Of a DNA stretch of 64,000 nucleotides, positions 12,701-23,366 are shown one piece after another. The stretch is from Entomortierella parvispora E1425 (Eukaryota > Fungi > Mortierellomycota). Position 1 is the stretch's first letter. Every line of letters starts with the position of its first letter. The translations under genes were made by a program, and so were the position numbers. The stretch is taken from positions 434,001 through 498,000 of the forward strand of contig BQFW01000013.1 in the NCBI GenBank assembly GCA_020891255.1. The letters run 5' to 3'. The notes below the pieces were generated by a model. It was not told where the DNA came from and did no database searches. It saw nothing but the letters and a program-made list of their open reading frames with translations.

Positions 12701-15107
12701 TCCTCGCATGTGCAACACTGGTGCTGAATGGTGGTAGAAGAGGGCATTCAGTCCGCTATGCAGGACCTGTTCGACAAATTCTCCGTTCAGAAGTCATTGT
12801 GTGGCCATATGATCAAGACGCCCTCCGGTGCTCTTTCTGAAGGAAAAAAAAAGAAGGTACGCCCCCAAACTGGTTCCTCCGTCGGTGATCTTGGAACGCG
12901 TGAAAATCAGTCTGTTGCCTGCGGGTTCCATGGTCACGCGCCTGTTCATTAGCATTGGGCGCACACGCGCTTCTTCCCACCCCCAAGCCCCCAAGGAGGA
13001 GTTAATTATTACTGCATGGTGTGTAAAACGCCCACGGATCGATGTGATCTGACCTCGACTCGTCGCGGCTGCTTGGACCTCTTCGTTGGATTGTTGTTTG
13101 GCCTCGATGGTCTATTCTTCCTGGACACAGGACCAGTGCCATTGTATTTTGTCATCGTTTTCCTCGTAAAGATCTATTCTTTGCCGTCTCAGTCCCAACA
13201 AAAAAAATGAGGAAGCGGCCTCTTTCGGCTTGCACAAACGGTCCTGACAACGATCCAGCATGCTCGGTCTGGCAAGAAAGTGGCAAGGTTCACGTTCACA
13301 TAGGAGGTCGAACCCCAAAGTGCCACACTGCAAGTCGAGGGAAAGACCAATTGAAGGTGCCGCAAATTTCTTCAGAACTGGCACCAAGCGCTTATTCTCT
13401 CTTACCAAACATCTACCCGAGGCCCGTGGAGAACAACAAACAAACAATTATGACTTTTTTTTTGCCCTTTCGGCATCCGAACCAACGGATCAAGTTTTGT
13501 CTCTTTTTATTTCTATTGTCATCTTCAGCTGTCCTGCAGGACCGTGTGCAGCAAATGCACCCTTGGTTCCGAGTGGCTCTTTCTATCCGGACCCCTTCAT
13601 GCGATGCTGAAGGTCAATGAGGATGCTGTCATTGATTTGGCACAGGAAGTGGCCACACAAAGGATCGCTCTCTTTAAAAAAAAGAGGTCTAGCGTTTTTA
13701 ACGTTTGGTGCCTAAAGAGCAAAATGGTTTCGTTTCTCTTTTGTTGTTTTTTTCGCTCCACACGCACCAGGTGGACTTTCAATCACATACACATGTCTGA
13801 GGGGGTTCAATGGCCAATGATTGAATATCAACCGCTCTGGAGTGAAAAATTGAGCCGTGGAGGAAGAAGAATATGGGGATCTTTGGAGCGCGGACGGACT
13901 GCAATTTAAGCAACTGACATGTTTGCTCTCAATAGCACACCCTCCGAACATCTCTCGACCTCGGGGTCGACGATGTTGTTATGCAGACTATTTCTCAGGC
14001 ACCTTTCAGTCGGCCGTTTGATTCCTGAGAGACTAGACAAATTGCACAGAATGTGGGAGAGGGAGTTCTTGTGGAGGGTGGGAGAAGGGGGTGATGCAAG
14101 TTCTGTCGGGGAACAGGGTAACTTGCAGTGATACTCCTTATCTTTGTTTGCTTACCAGCAGAAGTTGAACTGGGGTGGTCTAGAGACTGACTCTGGACTA
14201 ACCGTGGATGGAGAGAACAGGCGTGGGGCAGAAAGAGGAAGGCCGACCATAAGCATTTTTTTCTTTTTTCTTGCAAGGCAGAACTGCAAATAAAAATAGT
14301 GCGCCGGTCGTTGTCGCAAACAGACAAAGCGCTCGACGATGTCTCTCCTCTCTCCCACTTTCTATGGTCGGGCTGGCTAGCAAAATAAAAAAAAAAAAAC
14401 ACTTGCACGCCCTTGCTTGCGGCAAGTAGGGTTGTTTGTAGCACAAAGGTATTTATTTCATGTGTGTTATTGCGTTATTGTATTCGACTGAAGGCAAGAG
14501 CAACAGAAAGGGAGGGCGGATGATTTTGTATGTCTACAGACATAAACAGTATGGTATCTGTGACCAAAACACTTTTTTTCCCTGCTCATTCATATTGCAG
14601 AATGAGGCGAAAGACTGTATGTGTAGGGAAGGATGTACCTCCCCCATTTCCTGCGCTCACTGGCACATGAATGGTATCGGGGGAGATGATGAGACTGTGT
14701 TGGATCATTGGGGGAATGAAAGGTAGCAATGAGCGGCCAGAGGGCGACCAGTGCTAGAGGTTCGTTGCAAAGGGCCGTGATTGTTCTTGACTCGTAAATG
14801 CGTAAATGGCAGCTTGCCACTGAAGGACGAGACGTAGCTACCCACAGGAAGAATGGACAGGAGCAACATCATCGACTCCATCATCGTCAAAGCTGCAGTA
14901 CATGTGCAATAACACGGCTGCAGGGCACTGTGCCTGGCAGGGTAGATTGCTCGGTGCCTTGCATCTGCCTGAACGCTGCTTTTATTTTATTTTATTGGAT
15001 TCAATTGAATCCCATCTCCGATGTGCGCTCCCGCTCCACGTCTTCTTCATTCATCCCGCCCCACTCGCCTCCATGGCTCTATGGCTCCTCCTCCACCACT
15101 GTTCTCC

Positions 15108-15120
15108 ACTATAAAAGTCA
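15108..15120 (+). promoter_or_regulatory. TATA-box-like element upstream of the DUF3712 gene
   Basis: ACTATAAAAGTCA about 300 nt upstream of the ATG at 15415, followed by a CT-rich leader. Confidence 0.5.
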
Positions 15121-15414
15121 TCGCTTCTCCCACATCTTCGACCCGTTTCTCTTCCCTTTTCCTTGTCGTCGTCTCCTCTTCACGCCCGCCCCTACCTTTC
15201 TCTTTCCCGCCCTTTGTCATCAATTTGTGCATTCTCTCCGTCCTTTGCATCTCGACACCATCATCACCATCCTCACCGCCACAAGGAACAGCTACACGAC
15301 CCCCCTCCTATCCTCCTCACTACCACCCTTTCCTCTTTAAACTTTTTTAAAGACGCGTCTGCCTTCACTGACATCTCTTCATTCCCACACCACACACAAC
15401 AACCCTTTCCAGCC

Positions 15415-18400
15415 ATGACACACATGGACGGTACTCCCTCTCATGAGGTTGAGAACCTCCCTTACGATGAGCGCGAAGAAGATTACCAAGAGTTTGAGGA
15501 GTACGACGAGGTTACCAAACCGACGACCCGACCCTTCTACAAGCGTCGCAAGTTCTGGATCTTTTGCGCTATTATGACTGTAATCACCGTCGCAATCGCG
15601 GTCCCTCTTGCGTTGTTTGTCATCTTGCCAAAGGTGGCCCAGCTCATCCTCAACAATTCCACCATGAACTTCCAAAGCATCCAAATCACAAACCCCACCA
15701 ACAACTCGCTCACCATGGCCATGAGCGGCAAATTGGGCAAGACCGGTCCCTTTTCTGCCACCATCATCTTCCCCGAACCCATTAACATCTACTACAACGA
15801 CACCATGCTCGGGTCCATGAACTTGCCCTCAACCAAGGCTAGCGGTGGTTCTGGAGACCTGAATGCTGATAATGTGGCGTTCTCGATCAGCAACACGGAT
15901 GCCTTTGGAGCCTTCTCTGCAGATATGGTAAGCACCTCCCCTTCTCACCAGCTCTTGGTCGAGTAGAATTTCGATCGCACATTGCTATCATCACTCTCGC
16001 CCCTTTGAAAAATTATCCTATCCCTCCCATGGCAATAACGGCCAATCTGCACACACGACAGCCCCTGCATTTAATGCTCGAAGGCGATCGGTAACAGCGT
16101 CAAGAGTCGCTTATGTGACGCTGCCACAACGTTGCTACAACCGCCCATCTTTTCATGACCGCACCCTGTGACCCTTGCCGACTTTTATTAACTCGTGCTA
16201 ATTCTATCACTCATAGATGAACCAAGCAACCTTTGTGTGGACCTTGAAGTCCTCCATTACGCTCCAGGCTCTTGGACGAACTGTCAACAACTTGAAGCTT
16301 GACAAGGCCCTCACTCTCCAGGGTAAAGAGCACAAAGCTTACTGCTCCAACGCTAACAAGAATTCCTCTAGTCTTTCTTCGTGCCAAAGAATGGTGCTAA
16401 CATGTCTATGCTATTATTATTCTCCCTCTGTCGCTTTCTCTATCCACAGGTATGGGTGGCTTCCCCAATGTCAAGATTCTAAAGTTTGATCTTCCCTCGG
16501 ACGCACCCAATGGCGAGGGTATCAACCTGTCAATCGACACTGCCATGAACAACCCTTCGCCCATTGGTATCACCCTTGGAACCATTGTCCTTGATATCTC
16601 CTTCAATGGAACCCAGCTCGGACAAGTCAAGGCCACTGGTGCTGCGCTGACTGGCCACTCGGACTCTATCCTCAACTTGACCGGAATCATGATCCCTCAG
16701 ACCACCCCAGAAGGTCTTGACACTGTCAGGTATGGCATCATGTCCTCTACATTTTTACCCCACATTTTCATTTGAAATGTCGGCTTGACCAATCCCCTAA
16801 TCAATTCTCATTTACTTCATGTAGTGCCCTGTTCTCGTCCTATATCGCCGGCACCTCTTCGGTGACCCAGGCCAAGGGTGTTTCCGTCCTTCCCGATGGT
16901 GTCAACGAGGTCGGTTGGTTGTCCCAGGGACTCAAGTCCATGAACCTCAATGTTCCTCTCCAGTCCCCCACGCCCCTCAACATCATCCAGTCTATCTCTC
17001 TTGGTGCTATGGGTATGAACTGGACTGGTGTCGATGCGTACGCTCCCTTGGCCAACTCTCCTGGTGTCGTCGCTGGCTTCCAGATGCCCTTTGGATTCAG
17101 TATCAATGTGACCCAGGTCCAAAACAACATGACGGTCATCTACAACGACAAGAACTTGGCTGTTCTCAATGCTGCCCAGTGGGGACCCGCTCTGACCACC
17201 AAGGATGCCAACGGAAGCTCGATCAACTTTGCTCTTCCTCCCACTCCCTTCGCCATTGACGCAGATGCCCACGCTGACTTTGATGACTTTGTCACCAAAC
17301 TGACTGTCGGCTCCAGCCAAGCCTTCACGGTCGCCGGTACTGCTGGCACGGTTGCGTTGACCCCCATCGGTGAGGTCCGCATCACCGGTATTCCTTTCAA
17401 GTCAAATGTCTCTTTGGCCGGTCTTCAGGGTCTCAAGACTCAGCCCACGGTTATCAACAGTTTGACTGTCATTGGCGGTCTTCCAACTGGTCTCCAGATC
17501 GCGCTGAACTTGACCATGGTCAACCCCAGTCAACTCTCGATCGACACTGGTGTCGGTAACACTGCCGCTGTGAACTTTGCAATGCAGTACGAAGGCGACA
17601 ACGTCGGAACTGTTATCTTCCCTACCTTGAACCTCGTCCCCGGTGAGAACATTCGCACTGCTGGTGCTCTCTTTACCCCTACTGGTACTAAAGGTGGCCA
17701 AGACCTTCTCGAGAAGTACATGTCGAACGTGGTCGCCACTGTTGACATCTTTGGCTCTACCTCTTCCTCGGGCATTCCTCCTCTCGCCGCTGGTTTGAGC
17801 CAGGTTCAACTCCAGTCCAACATGCCTGGAAACCCTGCTCAGCTTCTCCTCGGCACTGCCTTGACCATCCTTGACAACACTGGTGAGACTGGTATTGCCA
17901 TGGCCTCTGTCACAGTCAACAACCCCTTCCTCCCCGGTTTGACCATCAAGTCTATCAAGTCCACAGTCACTTACAACAGCCGCGTTTTGGGTGCTATCGA
18001 CCTGCCTTCGGTCACCATCCAGGTTCCCGGCATGACCCAGCAGGCTTCGCAGCCCTTGCCCTTGACCATGGACTTGTCTATTGATTCGCTCTTGAGCTTG
18101 ATGATCGATCAGGCCAAGGTCAACAACTTGAACTCTGCTCCCATTGTTGCTCTCGGACAGATGGCCAATGACCCCACCGTGAAGATCCCCTCCTCCGTCT
18201 TTGCCGGCTTTAACTTGCCTACATTCGTCACGGCTGCCATGAAGGGCCTCAAGGTCGACGTCAACATGACTGTTGATGTCATGGTCGGTGAATACGCCAC
18301 TTCTTTGACTTTGACCCAGCTGGGTGTGCCCACAGCTACCGATGATACCATCATGAAGCTCTTGCCCATTGTTGGCAGACCCATTGCTCAGTCCATTGTC

Positions 18401-20857
18401 AACTTGGCTACACTTAGCTTCTCCAGCGTCATGATCAACAGCCCAGCCGAGACTGACTTCACCACCAACATCAACGGTTTGATTGCCAACACTGGACCCT
18501 TCGATGCTGAGATTTCTTTCCCCATGGGTTCGACAGTTGCCTGGTCCAACAACGGTCAGTTGTCTGATATCGGATTGATCGCCATGCCTGTGGTCTCGGC
18601 CAAGGCTGACGTTGGTGCCCAGCTCGCTCTCGTCAACGTTCCATTCCATGTTGCCAGCTCCGCCAACATGGGAGACTTTGTGGGCTACTCGCTCAAGGCC
18701 GAGTCCTTTGACTGGGTGGTCACTGCCAACAACATGACTGTCACTGCCATGGGCGCCCCTATCCCCGGCATCAACATGAGCAAGAATGTTACCCTCAAGG
18801 GCTTCAACGGTCTCAAGGGTTTGGTCATCAGCAAGTACGACTTGCCATCGAACGACCCCGATGGTATCCACTTGGTTCTCAATGCCTCCTTGCCCAACCC
18901 CTCCAATGTCGGTATCGAAATGGGCACTGTCGAGTTCATCAACATCTTTGAAGGTCAAAATGTTGGTTTCGTCCAGACCTCGGGCCTCAAGCTCCTCCCC
19001 AACGCTGATACTCCCATTTCCATGCAGGGTACTTTGACCAAGCAGACCACGGAGGCTGGCCTGAATGCTCTCGGAGACATGTTCCGACTCGCCTTGAGCG
19101 GTGGTAGCCCTAGCTTGATTGTCCAGGGCAAGTCTGTCACCCCTGCTAGCGGCCCTGTCTCCTGGTTGAGCTCTGCCTTCTCGACTTTGACCATGAACGT
19201 TTCGCTTCCCAGCATTGGCAAGCAAGAGTTGATCACTAACATTACCATGAAGACCATGACTTTGGACTTCACCGGTGGCAACCCTTACTCGGTCATGACC
19301 TCCTCGGACGATATTGAGGCCAACTTCCACATTCCCTTTAGCTTCCCCTTGGAGATCACTCAGGTCGCTGAGAGCATGGCCATTCAGTTGCCCCAGGGTA
19401 GCGACGTTGCCAGCTTGAACATTCCTCTTGGACCAGCTACCACTCTTTCACCAGGCCTTCTCAAGACTGGTTATTCCAACATTGCCTTGAATGTCGAGAG
19501 CGGGGCTCATGAGGCCTTTGATCAGTTCTCCAAGGTCTTGACGACTGGCACTGGCGTTACTTTCTACTTGGCTGGTACTGCCGACACTGTTGCTTCCACC
19601 GCTGCCGGTGATGTCAAGATCCCCGGTATCGCTGTCTCTGTTCCCTCCACACTGGCTGGAATGAACTTGAACGCCGGTGGTGCCTCCATTACCGACATTG
19701 TCATCTCTGGTGGTACGCCCGATTACCTCGTGATTAACCAGAATGTCGTGCTGCAGAACCCCTCAGGCTTGACGGTCAAGGTCGGTGATGTCTCTTTCAA
19801 CATTGGTTACGAAGGCAACCAAATGGGTCGTGCCACCGTCTCGAACATGGTTTTGGTTCCTGGTAACAACACTTTGCCTGCTGTCTTCCACTTGGCCCCC
19901 ACCAACGCGGCTGTTCGTGATGCATTCTTGAGTGGCTTCGTGGCTGGTGCCTCGTTCACATTGAACGTGGCTGGTGCCGCCGACTCCACCACTGTCACGA
20001 GTTTGCAGGATGCCATGGCCTCTGTCACGATGCAGTCTGTCATCAAGGGTATCACGGATAAGTTGATCGCCAATGGATCCCACGCTGAGCCTGGTCTCTT
20101 GAACATGGCGCAGTTGACCCAGCCCCGTACTACGCCTGTCCAGGTCATGATCTACAACCCCTTCGATGCCCCATTGTACATCAAGTCCATGCAGGCAACC
20201 ACCATCTGGAATGGAAAGAACTTTGGTACTGTGAATCAGGATGTTGGTTTGACTGTTCCCGGCAAGGGCACCGTTCTTTCGCCCTCCGTGACCATGGTCT
20301 CGCCTGCTGGACTCGAATTCTTTGTGGACACCATTCTTCCCTTCATGGTTTCCAACATGGGTCTTCTCTTTGGCTCGGCTGTAACTGTCGACTTTAACAT
20401 CCAGTCCACCATCACTGCCATCGTTGGTGGTCCTGACGGTTACACTGGAAACGTCCAGTACAACCAGGACAACACCCCCATTACTGTCCAGGTTGGTGGA
20501 AAGGTGCCCGCAAGTGACTTGCCCCCAGCCCTTGGAGGTCCTCAGAACGGCACTACCACCGCTGCTCCGTCTGCTACCTCGGCTGCCAGCTCCATTCCTA
20601 CCCCCGCCGCCACTTCTCAGGCTGCCATGCCCACCACTGCTGATGCTACGGCCACCACCACCGAAGCTGCCAAGCCCACAGAAACTTCTGGCACCACGCC
20701 CTCGGCTGCTGCCTCTGCCCCTGGGATGGAGAAGCGCCAGTTGGTCACCGCTTTTGGCGAGACTCCAGCGGACCGTACGCCCGAGGCTGTTGAGGCCTGG
20801 ATCAAGGCTGTCGTCAACAAGCTCGCTGCTGACGAAGGCATCCCACTTCCCTTTTAA
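15415..20857 (+). CDS. Large type II membrane protein with repeated DUF3712/LEA_2-like beta domains (1643 aa); exons 15415-15927, 16217-16322, 16450-16729, 16825-20857
   Basis: Acidic N-tail, then the basic motif FYKRRKFW, then a TM helix. Repeated TGPF, NPS..I..G.V.F and PF.F motifs. Ser/Thr/Ala-rich C-terminal linker. Exon sum is 4932 nt. Confidence 0.85.
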
Positions 20858-21684
20858 GTGAAACGTCGGTCCTGGATCCCACCACCTTGATGGAAAAAAG
20901 TCCCTTGTTCATCTTTATCGAGTCCCTCCAAGTTTTGTATTTCTTTTCAGCATCTACACTGTTATCTAATCGCTTCCTTGTCTTTTTTTGTTCCCCTCCC
21001 TTATCTTGCTTTTCTGTTGCTTGTTGTTTCCTTGGCGACAGCTATTTTTCTCTCTCTCTTTTCTGAGGTTTGAAGAAAAGAAGTAAGGATGGATTCTCCC
21101 CAAACACTTGCAACCAGTGTCCCTTTCTCTAATGTCCTCTTTACAAATGGGATCTCTTTTCGACTCCTTTGCTTTCTTCCTTCCGTCCCTTTTACATGTA
21201 CGATTATACCCATGCTCTTTCTTCCTGTACGCCTTAATCTCCGCGACCCTAGTTAATGATTCATATCGTCGCAATCCTTCTTCCCCTTTCTCTTCCTTCC
21301 CCCATTTGTTCATGACCTTTCTGAAAAAAATAACACTTTTTTTGCAATGACTCTATCTCTGCTTCTCTGTTTCTCTTCATCTTTGATTATCATTAAAAAA
21401 CTGAGATAAAAAAATAATGAACGAACAACGAACAAAGGCTTCTATGGGTAGCAGCTAGACTTGAAAGAAACACAACGAACACAAAAAAGAAGCACGAGTT
21501 TTTTTTTCTGACTTGGTTCGCGATGGAGCCTGGCGACCTGGCATGGATATGGTTCAAGAGATGAAGATTCGGATTTGTTAAGGGTAAATTGAATGTCCGC
21601 CCACGATCCCCATGTCGTTCCCCCCATGCTTTTTTTTATTCTCATTCCGCTCTCCTCCCCACGACAAAAAAAAACGAGTCGACC

Positions 21685-23148
21685 ATGAACTGGCAACCAA
21701 GTAAATGCCTCGAGAGCCCTGAGGAGTACAAGCGAAAGTACGTCTCAGAGGAGACAGGACAGGGACATTTCGCGCTCATTATTCTCAACCAGCCCATTTT
21801 GCTCCGTCGTGACCTTTTCGAGAATGTGTGGCGGAATGGTAAGCTGATCAGGCGGCCCAAGCTTGGACCCGTTTCAACCACCGATAGTCAAGAAGAACGA
21901 AGGAAGCTTTCTACTAACGCACATGTTTTGTTTTTTATGGCGATGCTGCATTCTCTGCTTCATAGCCAAATATCGCTTCTGCGCAGATGGAGGAGCCAAT
22001 CGACTGTACGATCTGCACTCCACAGATGAAGAACGCGCACAGTATGTTTTTTCCCCCTCCCTTCACCCTTTTTGACATCCTGGAGTTGTAACCTGAAGGC
22101 CCATCTGAAAGGAGTGAACGTACGAGTCGTTATCCTGTTGATATAGACAGGCCTAATCTTATGATGGTCGTATCATCTAGGTTCCTCCCTGACTATATTC
22201 GTGGCGATTTTGATTCCCTACGCGATTCTGTGAAAGAGTATTATGAATCCAAGGTACCGTAGTGAACTGATTCATGAGTAACCATGAGTGGTATCACGAA
22301 ACTTTTCCCACTGCTGACCGCCGACAAACACTTCACGATCTGACTTTTTTTTCCACCTCCCACACTTTTGACTAGGGCGTGCCAGCACAACGGGACACGT
22401 GCGAATACTCGACTGATTTCATGAAGTGCGTCCAGCTTGTCCGTGCACGCGACCCCTCCCCATCAACCACATCCACCCCCACCTCAATACCCTCTGCAGC
22501 GACCGAGGCTGCAGGTCAGGAGCAGCGACAAAAAGAGAATTTGGGCGTGGTGGCTTTGGGAGGCACCGGCGGACGATTTGATCAGTCCATGTCGAGTATC
22601 CATCATCTTTATATCCTCAACCGAGAAAGACACGCTTGTTTGGTATCGGACGAAAGTATTGTCGTAGTTCTTGGACCTGTAAGTCTGTTTCTAGGATTAT
22701 CTTCTTTTGAAGAGATGGGGTCCTACAGAGAGACTTGCTCTGTGGAATTTTTTTTCGACTCTGACCTTTTCATTTTAATACCATTGTTGGATATCATCCA
22801 TATAGGGTAAACATGGAATCACTTGCAACCTCGAGATTGAAGGACCAACTTGCGGAATTATCCCAGTCGGATCATCAGTCGCACATTTGACTACCTCAGG
22901 CCTGAAATGGGATGTTGGTAAGAGTTTTTTTTTTATGTTTATTTGCTTTATTTGAACAGTGTTGCCCATATCCGTTTGTGTACATTGATTGACATTTTCT
23001 TTTTCTTTGGGTTGTATTAGAAAACTGGAAGACTTCTTTTGGAACCCAAATCAGTACTTCTAACGCTTTGGTCGGTTCCGAAGTCACGATTCAAACAGAT
23101 GCGCCTGTGGTGTGGACAACTGAGATTCGCAACAAACAAAAGTCATAG
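21685..23148 (+). CDS. THI80: Thiamine pyrophosphokinase, 6 exons
   Basis: ALIILNQP, CADGGANRLYD, PDYIRGDFDSLR, YSTDFMKC, GGTGGRFDQSMS, TSGLKWDV and QISTSN assembled across GT-AG introns. Confidence 0.92.
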
Positions 23149-23366
23149 ACGAAGGAAACTTCATAAAGGGTCAAAGATTTTTTTTTGTTATTATCAGGCA
23201 AATGCAATGTTCTTTTTGAGGAAAAAAAAAACAACGAACAATTAGGAAGACAATGACAAAAGTGACAAGTATGATACAAAAATATTTCGGCGAAAAAAGT
23301 TTCTGTACAGAAAGAAAGAGCGAAGAGAGTATGAGAAAAAAAGAGAGGAAAAAAAATTGATATCAA

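Noticed and set aside
16095-16123. 8-bp inverted repeat CAGCGTCA/TGACGCTG in DUF3712 intron 1
   Set aside because: Too short to exceed chance and has no recognisable RNA motif
17402-19330. 642-aa minus ORF and neighbouring antisense ORFs
   Set aside because: In-register antisense shadows of the highly biased DUF3712 exon 4
21400-23148. TPP riboswitch in or near THI80
   Set aside because: No CUGAGA / ACCUGAU / GCGUAGGGA core seen in the leader or introns
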